Counted from the stretch's first letter, positions 30,859 through 40,971 are shown. The stretch: 64,000 nt of DNA from an uncultured delta proteobacterium (GCA_963712115.1 CAVQGX010000043.1:73072-137071), one strand, 5' to 3'. Program-made: numbers and translations. Notes: generated by a model from the letters alone, not told the origin.

Positions 30859-32388
30859 TTGATTCACGGATTTGCCACCAAGGAAGGCACGAGATCATAT
30901 GCGGAGCGGAACAGTTCACTTGGCTATGGTGAATTGGATGGAACCGGTTTACTCGCTAGTCAGGCGGGGTTCGGCTGCTACCGGGTGGATATTACCGATC
31001 CCGGGCATGAAAGATCTTTGCGGAAAGCAATGCTCTCCGGGATAAATCTCATAGATACAAGCTCCAACTACGGAGATGGCGGCGCGGAAAAACTGGTGGG
31101 AGAGGTTCTGGAACAGATGGGTGCATCAGGTGAAATTGCCCGAGAGTCGGTAATAGTGGTTTCCAAGGTGGGCTATCTTCAGGGACAAAATTACCAGCTC
31201 AGCCAGGAGCGCAAACGCCAGGGGAAACCATTCAAGGAGTTGGTTCTTTACGCAGACGGACTCGAACACTGTATCCATCCGGAGTTCATAGATGATCAAC
31301 TTACCCGGAGTTTGGAGCGGCTCAAACTCGACACTTTGGATTTCTACCTTCTGCACAACCCCGAATATTATCTCAGCTGGGCTACTAAAACCGGAGTTTC
31401 TCTAGAGAAAGCCAGGCAAGAATACTACAGTCGCATAAAACAGGCCTTCGAGCACCTGGAAACCGAGGTGAAGCGTGGGAGAATCAGGCTTTACGGCATT
31501 AGCTCCAACACCTTCCCCTCCCCTGCTGCTGATCCTGAATTTACCTCTTTGGAGCAGATCTGGGAAATAGCACAGTCCCTGTCCTCTGATCATCATTTTC
31601 GCGTGATTCAGTTGCCAATGAATCTCCTGGAAACGGGGGGAATTACCGAGAAAAACCAGGCAAAGGGGCAGAGTGTTCTCGAGTTTGCTCGCGACAAGAA
31701 TCTGGCTGTGCTGATCAACCGACCGTTGAATGCAATCGCCCATAATAAACTCCTGCGTCTGGCTGAGGTCAGGCCAACGCGCCGAGTTAGCGACAAGGAT
31801 ATTGCTGACCTTATTGATGCCCTTATTTATTCGGAAGGAATTCTAAAGGATAAAATTCTTCCCCAACTCGGCCTTCCGCCGGCTACACAATCTCAGGTTA
31901 TGGAGCAAGTTGCCACCGGTGCAGTCCTTAAACAACATTGGCAAAGCTTTGGTACCTATGAGCGCTGGCAGGAGCTTCAAGAATACTATTTCTTGCCTCG
32001 GGTTAAAGGAGTGTTTCAGTTTTTGAAACAACAGGTAAATTTGGCAGAAGAAATTTCCTCGTGGGTGAACTCACACCTGGAAAAACTTGAGGCAGTACTT
32101 GAGGCTGTGGCGTCAATTTATCGGGAAGAAGCAGCCGAAAGATGCGGTCAGATCAAAAACCGGCTCGCCTCAGCGGATGTGGACTGGTCTGAGGCTGTGA
32201 CCTTGAGTCAGATGGCAATCCGCGCACTGCGGTCTACGGCAGGAATAACCACAGTTCTGGTAGGGATGCGCAGGGAAGCCTATGTTGAGGATGTGCTAGA
32301 GGAGCTTGCCCGTCCAGTTGAGAACAAAGAAAGAACAGAATCCTGGAATGAGCTACGGAAAATAATAGATCTCAACACCCCCTTCTAG
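30859..32388 (+). CDS. Aldo/keto reductase family protein (long form)
   Basis: GFGCYR, INLIDTSSNY, VSKVGY, LLHNPEY, GISSN; AAGGAG SD before TTG 30859. Confidence 0.85.
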   Translation: MIHGFATKEGTRSYAERNSSLGYGELDGTGLLASQAGFGCYRVDITDPGHERSLRKAMLSGINLIDTSSNYGDGGAEKLVGEVLEQMGASGEIARESVIVVSKVGYLQGQNYQLSQERKRQGKPFKELVLYADGLEHCIHPEFIDDQLTRSLERLKLDTLDFYLLHNPEYYLSWATKTGVSLEKARQEYYSRIKQAFEHLETEVKRGRIRLYGISSNTFPSPAADPEFTSLEQIWEIAQSLSSDHHFRVIQLPMNLLETGGITEKNQAKGQSVLEFARDKNLAVLINRPLNAIAHNKLLRLAEVRPTRRVSDKDIADLIDALIYSEGILKDKILPQLGLPPATQSQVMEQVATGAVLKQHWQSFGTYERWQELQEYYFLPRVKGVFQFLKQQVNLAEEISSWVNSHLEKLEAVLEAVASIYREEAAERCGQIKNRLASADVDWSEAVTLSQMAIRALRSTAGITTVLVGMRREAYVEDVLEELARPVENKERTESWNELRKIIDLNTPF

Positions 32389-32494
32389 CTTAGCTAAATA
32401 TTCTGAACTAGTCATTTTATCTTCTAGTCTGAATTTCTATTTTCGTCGTCTAATGAAGGCCTAAATTTTTCCTTACCGAGAGCAAGGTATTTCC

Positions 32495-33622
32495 CTATTG
32501 CAGTTTTCCGATTTGTATTGCACAAGGAGTCCACGATTTGAGGGGCCTCTTGCAGCCTTTACAGCTATTTTGGCCCTGTCTTATTTTGCAGTAGCTATCA
32601 ACCACATAATCAAAGAGTTTCGCATTTTTGATTGCTAATGCCACTTCGTCTGCAATGGCGGTGAGCAGTCGCTTATCTTCTTCATCAAAACCATCTTTTC
32701 CAATCTTGTTTATGGCCTCAATAACTCCGACGGTTTCTTCTCCCGATATAAGGGGAGCCGCTAGGATAGACCTAGTTTGAAAATCGTGATCTTCATCTAT
32801 GGAGCCGTAGAAGTCGGGTGAGCTTTGAACGTCATTTACTACGAGTGTACTGCGCTCTCTCAGAGCACGACCTGCAATACCTTTGTCGGCTGGAAAACGC
32901 AATTTTACCAGCTCTGCGCCAGTCTCACCCACAGCAGTGAAAAATTCGAACTCATTGGTCTCTTCATCGTGCAGGAGGATCGAGCCTTCTTCTGAGGGAA
33001 GCTCCGCCGTAACAATGCTTACTATGGTAGTTAAAAGCTCCTGCAAATCGCCCACATAGCCCAAGGCAGAACTCACTGTCTGGTATAATCTCAAAAAACG
33101 TATTTTCTCGGCGTTCTGTTCTTGAGAAATGGTATTGTACAACAAGCTAGATATTGTCGTTGTGAGCCAGGGCAACGGCGATTTTCCTCCGGTCAAATGA
33201 TGAACCTTTTCCAGGTCAGTGACCAGGGCCAGGCTTCCTAACAAGGTATCTTTGGCGTTTAATTGGGTAGTGAGCACTATTGGTTTTGAGGATGGAGGGT
33301 GTTCCTTCGGATCAAAAATGGTCATTGTTCCCTCATCTAAGGAAAAGACCATGAATTCGTCGGCTGCTGTTTTGCTGAAGTCGAGTTCCGGAAGAATTTT
33401 CTCAAAAACCTCAATAGTACCTGTTGGAACCTCTTCCATATGAAGGTAAGGTTGGCTAGAGCCAGGCTCCTTGAGTAAAAAACCAATCCCCTGCACAGGA
33501 AAATGCTGTTTGAACCACCTGGCTATGTTGCCGCATTGTTTTCTCACATCTACTTCCAATACCATCTGAGCCAAGTTCAACATCAGCTCTGTTTGATCCA
33601 TAGTCGATAGTTCCTGTTTCAT
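32495..33622 (-). CDS. GAF-domain protein with Cys-rich C-terminal tail
   Basis: KGIAG, TRSILAAPL, VIEAINK, F...D..LL; ends CKIRQGQNSCKGCKRPLKSWTPC. Confidence 0.82.
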   Translation of the reverse strand: MKQELSTMDQTELMLNLAQMVLEVDVRKQCGNIARWFKQHFPVQGIGFLLKEPGSSQPYLHMEEVPTGTIEVFEKILPELDFSKTAADEFMVFSLDEGTMTIFDPKEHPPSSKPIVLTTQLNAKDTLLGSLALVTDLEKVHHLTGGKSPLPWLTTTISSLLYNTISQEQNAEKIRFLRLYQTVSSALGYVGDLQELLTTIVSIVTAELPSEEGSILLHDEETNEFEFFTAVGETGAELVKLRFPADKGIAGRALRERSTLVVNDVQSSPDFYGSIDEDHDFQTRSILAAPLISGEETVGVIEAINKIGKDGFDEEDKRLLTAIADEVALAIKNAKLFDYVVDSYCKIRQGQNSCKGCKRPLKSWTPCAIQIGKLQ

Positions 33623-33819
33623 TGTAGTTCCTCAATCACCAACTTTGATGTTCTGCCAACCCTCCGGTTCGGCCTCCAAAGATTGACCGACCAATGTCCA
33701 AAGCAACTGCACCGAAAGGGCTATCCGCCTACCCTGCAAAACGTCTGAATATCTTGCACCACTTGTTTATTAGCAGAAATGATTGGGACCGACTGATAGT
33801 GCTGGTAAAAGATGCCCGC

Positions 33820-34056
33820 AGCAAACCGGAATGGTGATTGGAATTCCAAAAGAGTACCTCAGAATAGAGGAGGAAAGTCCCAAGAGATCACTTTCCAAAC
33901 TCCCAACAGAACAGTCTTGTCCTATTGGGAGTCTGTCCGGCAGAATTTGGGCTTCATTTTTGTCACTCTTCTCTTTGTAACAACAAAAGCAAAAAAGGTG
34001 GTGGATCTGGGAAAATAGGCCTTTCCCGATCACGCAGAGCTATGCTCTGTTTGCCG
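33820..34056 (-). ncRNA. Candidate structured RNA / 5' leader upstream of the GAF gene
   Basis: Promoter TTTACA-16-TAATAT with extended TG (34088-34061), then several hairpins including an 18-bp stem (33896-33935) that needs G-U pairs on the minus strand. Confidence 0.4.
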
Positions 34057-34267
34057 AGTCATATTAGCATACTAGCGGGCAATGTAAAAAAAAACAAGAT
34101 TGAATAAGAAATGATGGAATAACGGAATACTGGACGGTTTCCACACAACTCATAAATAGCTTAGTACTTTTGGACCCAATATTGTTCGCGCTCGCTTTGC
34201 TCCGCTCAGTCCCGCAAGCGGGTTCCCAGTTTTCAGTATTCCATGAAGGCGAGCTTTTGGATCAAGT

Positions 34268-34993
34268 TTAGATGCCAAAAAACAGCTTGGCATTGTTGGA
34301 AGTGATGAACCGAACATCCTCGAAAGGTATGCCTTTTAGCCTAGAGAGTTCTTCTAGGGTGATCATTAGGTCGGCAGGCTCAGAAATCCTTCCCTGGTAT
34401 TCAACCGGAGAATCAGTCTCAACTAATATGCGCTCCATGGGTGCAACTCTCATAGCTGCCTGGTGCGGTGGGCTGTAGGCTAGAGCAGGGGTGGCGGAGA
34501 CGTAGTAGCCGTCGCCAATGATCTTTTCGAGAATCTCCAGTGGGCCGCTATACCAGTGGAACACACCCTTTTCAATTCCCGAATCCTTTACCATCTGATG
34601 AGACCTTTTGTGGGAGAAGCGTGAATGGACAACAACTGGGCGGTTGTACCGGAATGCTATGGAGAGTAGTTTTGAAAAAACCTCCCACTGAACCGGCTTC
34701 TTCACCTTTGCCTTGTAATCGATTCCCACCTCACCCAAGGCTATGCAGCTGGCCAGGTTTTTCTCGATGAACTTTACGTTTTCCTCTATGGTGTCCTGGC
34801 TTATTGACCAGGGGTGATAGCCAATTGCAGGATGCACCATTCCAGGGAATTGTCTGGCGAGATCGAGAGTCCTTTGGTTTGAGAGCAGATCCATTCCCAC
34901 CGCCACAATCCCCTTGATGCCCACATCTTTGGCCCTTAGGATTGCCCGGTGGATATCTTCAATCTCGTTCAGATGTGCGTGAGTATCTATCAT
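34268..34993 (-). CDS. tatD: TatD family metal-dependent nuclease
   Basis: IDTHAH, GYHP, GEVGID, VHSR, FHWY, ETDSP. Confidence 0.92.
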   Translation of the reverse strand: MIDTHAHLNEIEDIHRAILRAKDVGIKGIVAVGMDLLSNQRTLDLARQFPGMVHPAIGYHPWSISQDTIEENVKFIEKNLASCIALGEVGIDYKAKVKKPVQWEVFSKLLSIAFRYNRPVVVHSRFSHKRSHQMVKDSGIEKGVFHWYSGPLEILEKIIGDGYYVSATPALAYSPPHQAAMRVAPMERILVETDSPVEYQGRISEPADLMITLEELSRLKGIPFEDVRFITSNNAKLFFGI

Positions 34994-35032
34994 AAGTGAG
35001 ATTTTGGATTGCGGAGTTCTAATTTCGAAATT

Positions 35033-35070
35033 GTCCTTCGGACTCCCACCCTTCGGGCGGGTTCCCGGTT
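35033..35070 (-). repeat. ~38-nt GC-rich hairpin insert (second copy)
   Basis: AACCGGGAACCCGCCCGAAGGGTGGGAGTCCGAAGGAC resembles 10595-10633. Confidence 0.75.
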
Positions 35071-35135
35071 TCGACATTTGAAATTTCAACTCTATGCTCG
35101 TTGCCCTTTGCCAACTGGACTACTGACTCCTCAAG

Positions 35136-35777
35136 TTAGAGTGGCCAGAGGCAACAAGGTCGTGGTTTTTCAAATTCGTTTTCACAGGAGGCCAGTTGGC
35201 TCGAATAACTTCTGCTGCGGTTTTGGACTTTGCCCGCCACTCTTTTCAACCAGGATTTCTTATTATAGGTTCCTCGGTTGAAGCCGTTGTGTCCCTCATG
35301 GTAGGCAAGATAGAGATTATAGGCGTCATTTTGAGCAATTCCACAGATAGAATAGCTGAGATCGCAATACCAGCCGATAAAATCAATGGCATCAGCGAAG
35401 TTATCCCTGTCAGCTCCCCAATTACCAGTAGCACTCTTATACTTCTCCCAGGTTTCGTCCACCGCCTGCGAATAGCCATAAGCAGAGGAAGGTCTTGGGC
35501 CTGGGAGAAAACAAAAACAGGTGGTCCGGGGTGGTTTTGCCTCGGCTTTGAATTTTGACTCCTGATGCACAATGGCCATAAGCACGGGAATGGAAACTGA
35601 CCATTTTCTAGATGACCGGTAAGTACGCTGGTACCAGTCACGGTTTTGCCGAAAGATCTGGCAAATATTGTCTATTTCCTCTGGGGGTTTCTGGAGATGA
35701 GCACACCCCAGGACCAAAGCAGGGAGGGTGCAGATCAGCGAGAGGATGATCATAGCGTACGGGTTTCTTCGACTCAT
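35136..35777 (-). CDS. Transglycosylase SLT-domain lipoprotein
   Basis: Lipobox VLGC; MAIVHQES, SSAYGYSQA, LYLAYHEG. Confidence 0.85.
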   Translation of the reverse strand: MSRRNPYAMIILSLICTLPALVLGCAHLQKPPEEIDNICQIFRQNRDWYQRTYRSSRKWSVSIPVLMAIVHQESKFKAEAKPPRTTCFCFLPGPRPSSAYGYSQAVDETWEKYKSATGNWGADRDNFADAIDFIGWYCDLSYSICGIAQNDAYNLYLAYHEGHNGFNRGTYNKKSWLKRVAGKVQNRSRSYSSQLASCENEFEKPRPCCLWPL

Positions 35778-35816
35778 CTCATTTAGAATCTGGCGGGTGG
35801 AAGTTGAATTCCTTGG

Positions 35817-38042
35817 TTAAAATAGTCTTCCTGGAAGAAACTCCTGAAACTTTTTCAAAAGGCTATGAAGTTTCTCCTCATAGTAAGCCACGTTTTCATC
35901 CGGATGATTTGGATCATAGTCTGAGGTGAGTTTGGAATTTTCATACACCCTAACCCTCTTGGCCTTGCCGGTTACATAATAGGAGACTTGATCTCCGGCT
36001 CGGTATGGCCGAGTTGAGGCAAGGGCCAATTCGTAGGTTGCTGCAGGGTTGCGCTTTTTCGCTGCTACCTTTTCACCGTAAGTGTCCAAGGATTCGGTAA
36101 GAGTTTCAGTCTTAGCTAGCCAGGAGATTCCCATCTGGTGCTGTTCGAGCCTATTCAAGCAGTCTTTGAATAAAGAGTGAATTTCTTTTTCCTTTCCTTG
36201 CAACAAAAGCCTAATCATGCTGGAGAGAAACTCCCGCAGGTACTTCTCCATCCCACGGGAGCGCAGCCCGCTTCCTTTTATGGTTACATTACCCTTGTCA
36301 TCCATTAGAGCATAGTTTTTCTTCTTGTAAGAGAACATGGCCTGGTATTTCCCAGCCATTTCCACTTCTATACCGGATGGTAAGCTGTCTGATAAACGTT
36401 CAATGAGCTCCTCTGCCTCCTCATCGGTCCTTACCCTTGGAGGCGGAACAAAATAGATGCCGTCAGTATCTATCTCGATTGGTTCGCCACCCTCTTTCCT
36501 TAGCCACTCTACCATCTGACCAATGATTTCTCTACCGCGACGAGTCACCTCGCCTGCCAGTTGGGGATCGGCAAAGTTATGGAGTCTGGTGCCAAGGTAG
36601 CCGTAAAATGAGTTGATCAAGATCTTGAAGGTTTGCTGCAGGGCTTCGTAGTAGTCTTTTTGGTGTGGGTCTTCAGCTGTTAGTGCTCTTTTTTTCGCTT
36701 CCATGCGAAAGTCTCGCAGGTCGCGGAGTAAGGGTAAGAAAACATCCAGAGTGTCGGCTGAAGGCTTGAGGCTGTTGGAGATCAGAATGGAGGGATAAAG
36801 AGAAGCTACGTCGCAAGAGACCACGGGGCTAACGACACCATGGCGGAAAACATCTGTGTGGCCGCCGGCAAAAGCTTCAGCCTCGCCCGGTTTGGGCACG
36901 GAGGTTCGCTGTCTGAGATATTCTCGGATGAATAGAGCATTGATTTTTGTGGCATTTCCCCGCACGAAAATGTTCTGGTATGAGAAGGGAAAGATACGTG
37001 TTTGCAGGAAAAAAGGATAGGCTAGAAGTTCAGACAGGGCTAAAGTTTCTCTGACGTCGTCGAGATTGTATTGCTTCAGTTCCTCGGGTTTGTTCTCATA
37101 ATACCACTGGATTTCCTCGGGCTCTATGTAGGTCCTATCTGGCGCTGCCAGCCCAAAATGACGGGCTGCAGCCTTTAGTGCGTAACTTTCCAATTCCCTC
37201 GCCACAATGTCATAATACTGTAGAAGAAAAAGGGTATCGACCACATGCCGGCCAAAAATGTCCATGCGGGTGTAGTCGATTACCCGCTCAGCTACGCTGA
37301 AGCGAGACCTTCTGATACGAGGTTCGCTCCCGTCCCTGCCCCATTGGAGCTTGACCCCATACATTCGGGCTCGGGTGACTATATATTCCAGATCGAAATT
37401 GAACAGGTTATGCCCCTCCAGAACATCTGGATCGAGGCTTTGTACTTTAGCGCCCAGGGCCTCAAGCATTTCCTTTTCTTCATATTCCGTAGCGAAGAGA
37501 ACTTCTTCGTTACCGCGATTATCCATTAGAGCTACGGAGAGAATGCGGTCCTCTTGGCGGGAAGGATTGGAGAAAGCATAGCCAGGAGCGGTGGCTGTCT
37601 CTATATCAAGTGCTAGCCGGTGAAGGTCCTTGAAAGGAAGTCCTTTGAAAAGGGTTTTGCCCGTCAGCAACAGGAACTGATGTACGGGATCTGAAAGGAA
37701 AAGATAGGGAGCATAAGGAGAGGATGATGGTGCCCCAGTTGTTTTGTAGAGGTGCTTTCTGGCCTTGATACAGTCTCCCCAATCTTTGAACAGTGCCAGA
37801 ACCCTGAATTCGTTTGTGGATGAAAGGGATTCATATCTTGATGTTTCGCTGAAATTCTGGAGCAATTTGCCTTCTTCTACCAGAACAAAGGGGGTAAAAG
37901 GCTCATCACGCGTTTCCAGCCGACCGTCTGACCGCAGGAAAATGCGCATTGAATTTCCCCCAACGGGCTCAACCGCCACTATGCCCTCGGTGGGGTCAGC
38001 ACCGAAGAGTACCGGGTTTTTTTCGAAAGACGGCTTTTTCAT
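35817..38042 (-). CDS. polB: Family B DNA polymerase with 3'-5' exonuclease
   Basis: Exo motifs LDIET, HNLFNFD and YNLDD; Pol motifs DVASLYPS, KILINSFYGY and IDTDG. Confidence 0.9.
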   Translation of the reverse strand: MKKPSFEKNPVLFGADPTEGIVAVEPVGGNSMRIFLRSDGRLETRDEPFTPFVLVEEGKLLQNFSETSRYESLSSTNEFRVLALFKDWGDCIKARKHLYKTTGAPSSSPYAPYLFLSDPVHQFLLLTGKTLFKGLPFKDLHRLALDIETATAPGYAFSNPSRQEDRILSVALMDNRGNEEVLFATEYEEKEMLEALGAKVQSLDPDVLEGHNLFNFDLEYIVTRARMYGVKLQWGRDGSEPRIRRSRFSVAERVIDYTRMDIFGRHVVDTLFLLQYYDIVARELESYALKAAARHFGLAAPDRTYIEPEEIQWYYENKPEELKQYNLDDVRETLALSELLAYPFFLQTRIFPFSYQNIFVRGNATKINALFIREYLRQRTSVPKPGEAEAFAGGHTDVFRHGVVSPVVSCDVASLYPSILISNSLKPSADTLDVFLPLLRDLRDFRMEAKKRALTAEDPHQKDYYEALQQTFKILINSFYGYLGTRLHNFADPQLAGEVTRRGREIIGQMVEWLRKEGGEPIEIDTDGIYFVPPPRVRTDEEAEELIERLSDSLPSGIEVEMAGKYQAMFSYKKKNYALMDDKGNVTIKGSGLRSRGMEKYLREFLSSMIRLLLQGKEKEIHSLFKDCLNRLEQHQMGISWLAKTETLTESLDTYGEKVAAKKRNPAATYELALASTRPYRAGDQVSYYVTGKAKRVRVYENSKLTSDYDPNHPDENVAYYEEKLHSLLKKFQEFLPGRLF

Positions 38043-38231
38043 CTTCTTCCTTTTGCCTAAAGAGCCCCATCGTCCCAGCGACACGCAGAAGTTAGCCGTT
38101 ATTTGTTAAAGGTTATACGTATCTTCCACATGGAAGCAAGTCTCTATCAATATCCCGGGTCTCAAAATCGAGTTCAACCCTAATAACTGATAACAAATAA
38201 CCTATAACCTGCTCGTGCCTAATTTGCGAAA

Positions 38232-38882
38232 CTATAGAAGCTCCAAAACGTCTCTCGGATGTTTGACGAGTACTTCCGCCCCAGCATGCTCAAGCTCCTC
38301 GGCGGTGCGAAAGCCCCATAGGGCCCCTACAGCAAACATGCCGGCACCTTGAGCTGTTCTCATGTCAGTACCGGTGTCGCCCAAATAAAGGAATTGCTCC
38401 GGAGGGACCCGGAGCTCCTGCGATATCTGTATTGCTCGAGTGGGATCAGGCTTTTTGGGCACAGACGGTTGAGCGCCTGCAACGGGATGGAATCGCCATT
38501 TGGAGAGGATTTCAGCCACCATCTCCTTGGTGGAGTCATCCGGCTTATTGGAGAGTATTGCCATCTTTAGGTTTTGCAAAGTTAGTTCGTCCAACAGTTG
38601 GGGGATGCCGTCATAGAGGCGCGTTTTCTTCGCCCAACGCTTACTATACTCCTCACGCATAAGAGCAGCGCATTTGGTTACCATGGCTTGGTCTCGGCTG
38701 TGTTCGGGTAGAGCGCGAAAGGCGAACATCTCCACACCATCACCTACGAACATCTTGCATGTCTCAACATCGTGGCCGGGGAAGCCAAAATGATTTAGTG
38801 CCATGTTCATAGCGTCAGTGAGATCTGCTATGGTGTCAAGTAGGGTCCCGTCCAGGTCAAATATTACCGCCTTAAAGTTCAT
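38232..38882 (-). CDS. HAD-superfamily phosphatase (Gph-like)
   Basis: FDLDGTL, LSNK, KPDP, LGDTGTD. Confidence 0.9.
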   Translation of the reverse strand: MNFKAVIFDLDGTLLDTIADLTDAMNMALNHFGFPGHDVETCKMFVGDGVEMFAFRALPEHSRDQAMVTKCAALMREEYSKRWAKKTRLYDGIPQLLDELTLQNLKMAILSNKPDDSTKEMVAEILSKWRFHPVAGAQPSVPKKPDPTRAIQISQELRVPPEQFLYLGDTGTDMRTAQGAGMFAVGALWGFRTAEELEHAGAEVLVKHPRDVLELL

Positions 38883-39086
38883 CTGATTAACCTCTAAAAA
38901 GAATCGCGGTTTTTAAAGAGCAATTTATCAATATGTCACGTAATGATGCAAGGAGGAGGTGAAATAGTTTTCACTTTATGGATATATTCTTATTGTGTCC
39001 AGAAGCTGCTATACTGTTCAAATTGGAAGGTGTTTGGTTAGTATGAATGGAAGGTTAGAGTAGTTCCCTGACCGAGAGGACGGACA

Positions 39087-39311
39087 ATGAAGTTGGAAAT
39101 AAAGCTTTTTGCAAGTTTGCAGAAATTCATGCCCAATGTGCAGAAAGTGGAACTGAATGACAACTGTACAGTACTTGAATTACTAGAAAAAATCGGTATC
39201 AATTCCTCTGAAGTAGCGATCACCCTTGTCAATGGCCGACATGTACAGTTTGACCAGAAGTTGCATGACGGCGAAACGGTTGCAATTTTCCCACCCATTG
39301 CAGGAGGATAA
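39087..39311 (+). CDS. moaD: MoaD/ThiS sulfur carrier
   Basis: IKLFASL...AIFPPIAGG with C-terminal di-Gly. Confidence 0.88.
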   Translation: MKLEIKLFASLQKFMPNVQKVELNDNCTVLELLEKIGINSSEVAITLVNGRHVQFDQKLHDGETVAIFPPIAGG

Positions 39312-39312
39312 C

Positions 39313-40140
39313 TTGGCCAAGATCAGCGAAAATGAAGAGTACCTATCCCAACTGCTAAAAGAACAACTAGAACTCACGGGAGAAGTGGAGAAAGCCATAC
39401 AGGTGTTGGTGGCCGAGCAGAGTATTCCAAAGCGGATTGCAGAGTCACTGGCTTGCGGTCTCCACATCTTCCCAAAACGCTACGAGCTTAATGCCGGCAC
39501 TTTTGGAAGTACGGGTCAGAAACACCTTTTGCGCTCCAAGGTCATGGTTGCTGGCTTGGGCGGTCTTGGTGGTTATGTTGTGGAGCAACTGGTGAGGTGT
39601 GGTTTGGGCATTTTGGTGGGTGTAGATGCGGACCTATTCGATGAGACCAATCTCAACCGGCAACTCTACTCTGATCTCAACACAATTGGGTTGAGGAAGA
39701 CAGAGGCAACTCAAAGAAGAGTTGAAGCGATAAATGACGCGGTGGAGTTTCATCCCTTCCTTCGCAGGGTTGAAGACCTTGAAGATGGAGCCTACGACGG
39801 GGTGGATCTGATTTTCGACTGCCTCGATACCATACCCTCCAGGCTTCATCTGCAGGAAGTGGGAGAACGTCTCAGTATTCCCCTTATTCACGGTGCCATA
39901 GGAGGATGGTACGGGCAAGTGGCAATTGTCTGGCCTGGAAGTAAACTTCTAAGTAATGTCTATGGGACAAGACAGGAGGGCATCGAAAAGGCCCTGGGTA
40001 ACCCGCCTTTTACTCCCGCCTTTATTGCCGCTCTCATGGTGAGCGAGGGAATAAAGCTACTGCTGGGGAAAAAAGAACGAGAAAACACTGTCCTCTTCGT
40101 AGATCTTCTAAAAAACCAGTGGCATTGCGTGAGTCTTTAG
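39313..40140 (+). CDS. HesA/MoeB/ThiF family adenylyltransferase
   Basis: GLGGLG, ETNLNRQ, DCLD; TTG start after GGAGG overlapping the moaD end. Confidence 0.87.
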   Translation: MAKISENEEYLSQLLKEQLELTGEVEKAIQVLVAEQSIPKRIAESLACGLHIFPKRYELNAGTFGSTGQKHLLRSKVMVAGLGGLGGYVVEQLVRCGLGILVGVDADLFDETNLNRQLYSDLNTIGLRKTEATQRRVEAINDAVEFHPFLRRVEDLEDGAYDGVDLIFDCLDTIPSRLHLQEVGERLSIPLIHGAIGGWYGQVAIVWPGSKLLSNVYGTRQEGIEKALGNPPFTPAFIAALMVSEGIKLLLGKKERENTVLFVDLLKNQWHCVSL

Positions 40141-40467
40141 CCCCCGATTGTCGACGAAACAGCTGCTACGACCACAGATGTGGCCATCCCTTTCTTCGAT
40201 CACAGGTCTTCCGCAGCTGAGCCTGTCCTTGCCGCACATTCACCACAGCGGATGGGCAAATGCCAAAGAAAAAAAATGGGAAAACTCCTGTTAGTTTTTG
40301 GATTTACATTGCGGATATTGAAATGTAGTATTAATGGTCTGAGGCCTCTAACTACCAAACTCATTTTTACTGTCGTTTTCAAAAACCACCAATTTGTTAA
40401 GCCATGAAAGGTTGATCCATTGGGTGTGGTGAGAGTCAACAGCCACGCCTTATAAGAGGGTACGTTT

Positions 40468-40971
40468 ATGGAAGAGGGGCGAGCCAAGCGTAAGTGCCCG
40501 CGAATCCCAGTGTATATGGATGTGCGGGTTGATCTTAAAGACGGAACCGTAGTGAAGGGGAAGGTCATAAACCTCAGCACCGAAGGTATTTGCATTAAGA
40601 CGGACGATCCGATTTTCGCCAAAGAAGAGATAACAGCAGAGTTTTTACTTCCGGACACCCTCAATTCTGTTCGCTTGGGTGGGGAAGCGGTGTGGTACCG
40701 CTTTGATAAAAAAGCTGCAGCAAAACAGGAGAGGGTTCATTTTTCTGGTGTGAGATTCCTTGACCTAGGAGAAAGTTACAGAAGCTTGATCCGTTACTAT
40801 ACCCTAAAAATGCTCCACGATGCGGAAATGGTGCGAGAGCAGGGAATAGAACGAGTGCTAAACGATGTTCTCAACTTACCTTCCAAGGAAAAAAATGATG
40901 CTCTTCGTATCCTTCTGCAGAAAGGATTGATTACTGAGGAGCGGAAGATGAATCTTAGTCGCTCCCAGTAA
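40468..40971 (+). CDS. PilZ-domain protein
   Basis: RKCPR (RxxxR) and NLSTEG (D/NxSxxG) c-di-GMP motifs. Confidence 0.8.
   Translation: MEEGRAKRKCPRIPVYMDVRVDLKDGTVVKGKVINLSTEGICIKTDDPIFAKEEITAEFLLPDTLNSVRLGGEAVWYRFDKKAAAKQERVHFSGVRFLDLGESYRSLIRYYTLKMLHDAEMVREQGIERVLNDVLNLPSKEKNDALRILLQKGLITEERKMNLSRSQ

Noticed and set aside
33870-33880. GAGGAAAGTCC, the RNase P RNA 5' signature
   Set aside because: The other conserved RNase P blocks and the 3' ACAGAAxxCGGC pairing partner are absent; it is one arm of a local hairpin.
34030-34056. GGCAAAC + hairpin resembling a c-di-GMP-I riboswitch
   Set aside because: No GAAA tetraloop, GACGCAAAG junction or receptor stem; kept only as an unassigned structured RNA.
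34994-35089. N-terminal extension of TatD in the ORF track
   Set aside because: It is a translation of the repeat element and hairpin insert; the real start is MIDTHAH.
39087-40140. Ubiquitin-like antiphage system (Ubl + E1)
   Set aside because: No E2, JAB or CD-NTase nearby; fits an ordinary MoaD/MoeB pair.
40200-40664. 154-aa minus-strand ORF
   Set aside because: Overlaps the PilZ gene antisense and lacks motifs or an SD.
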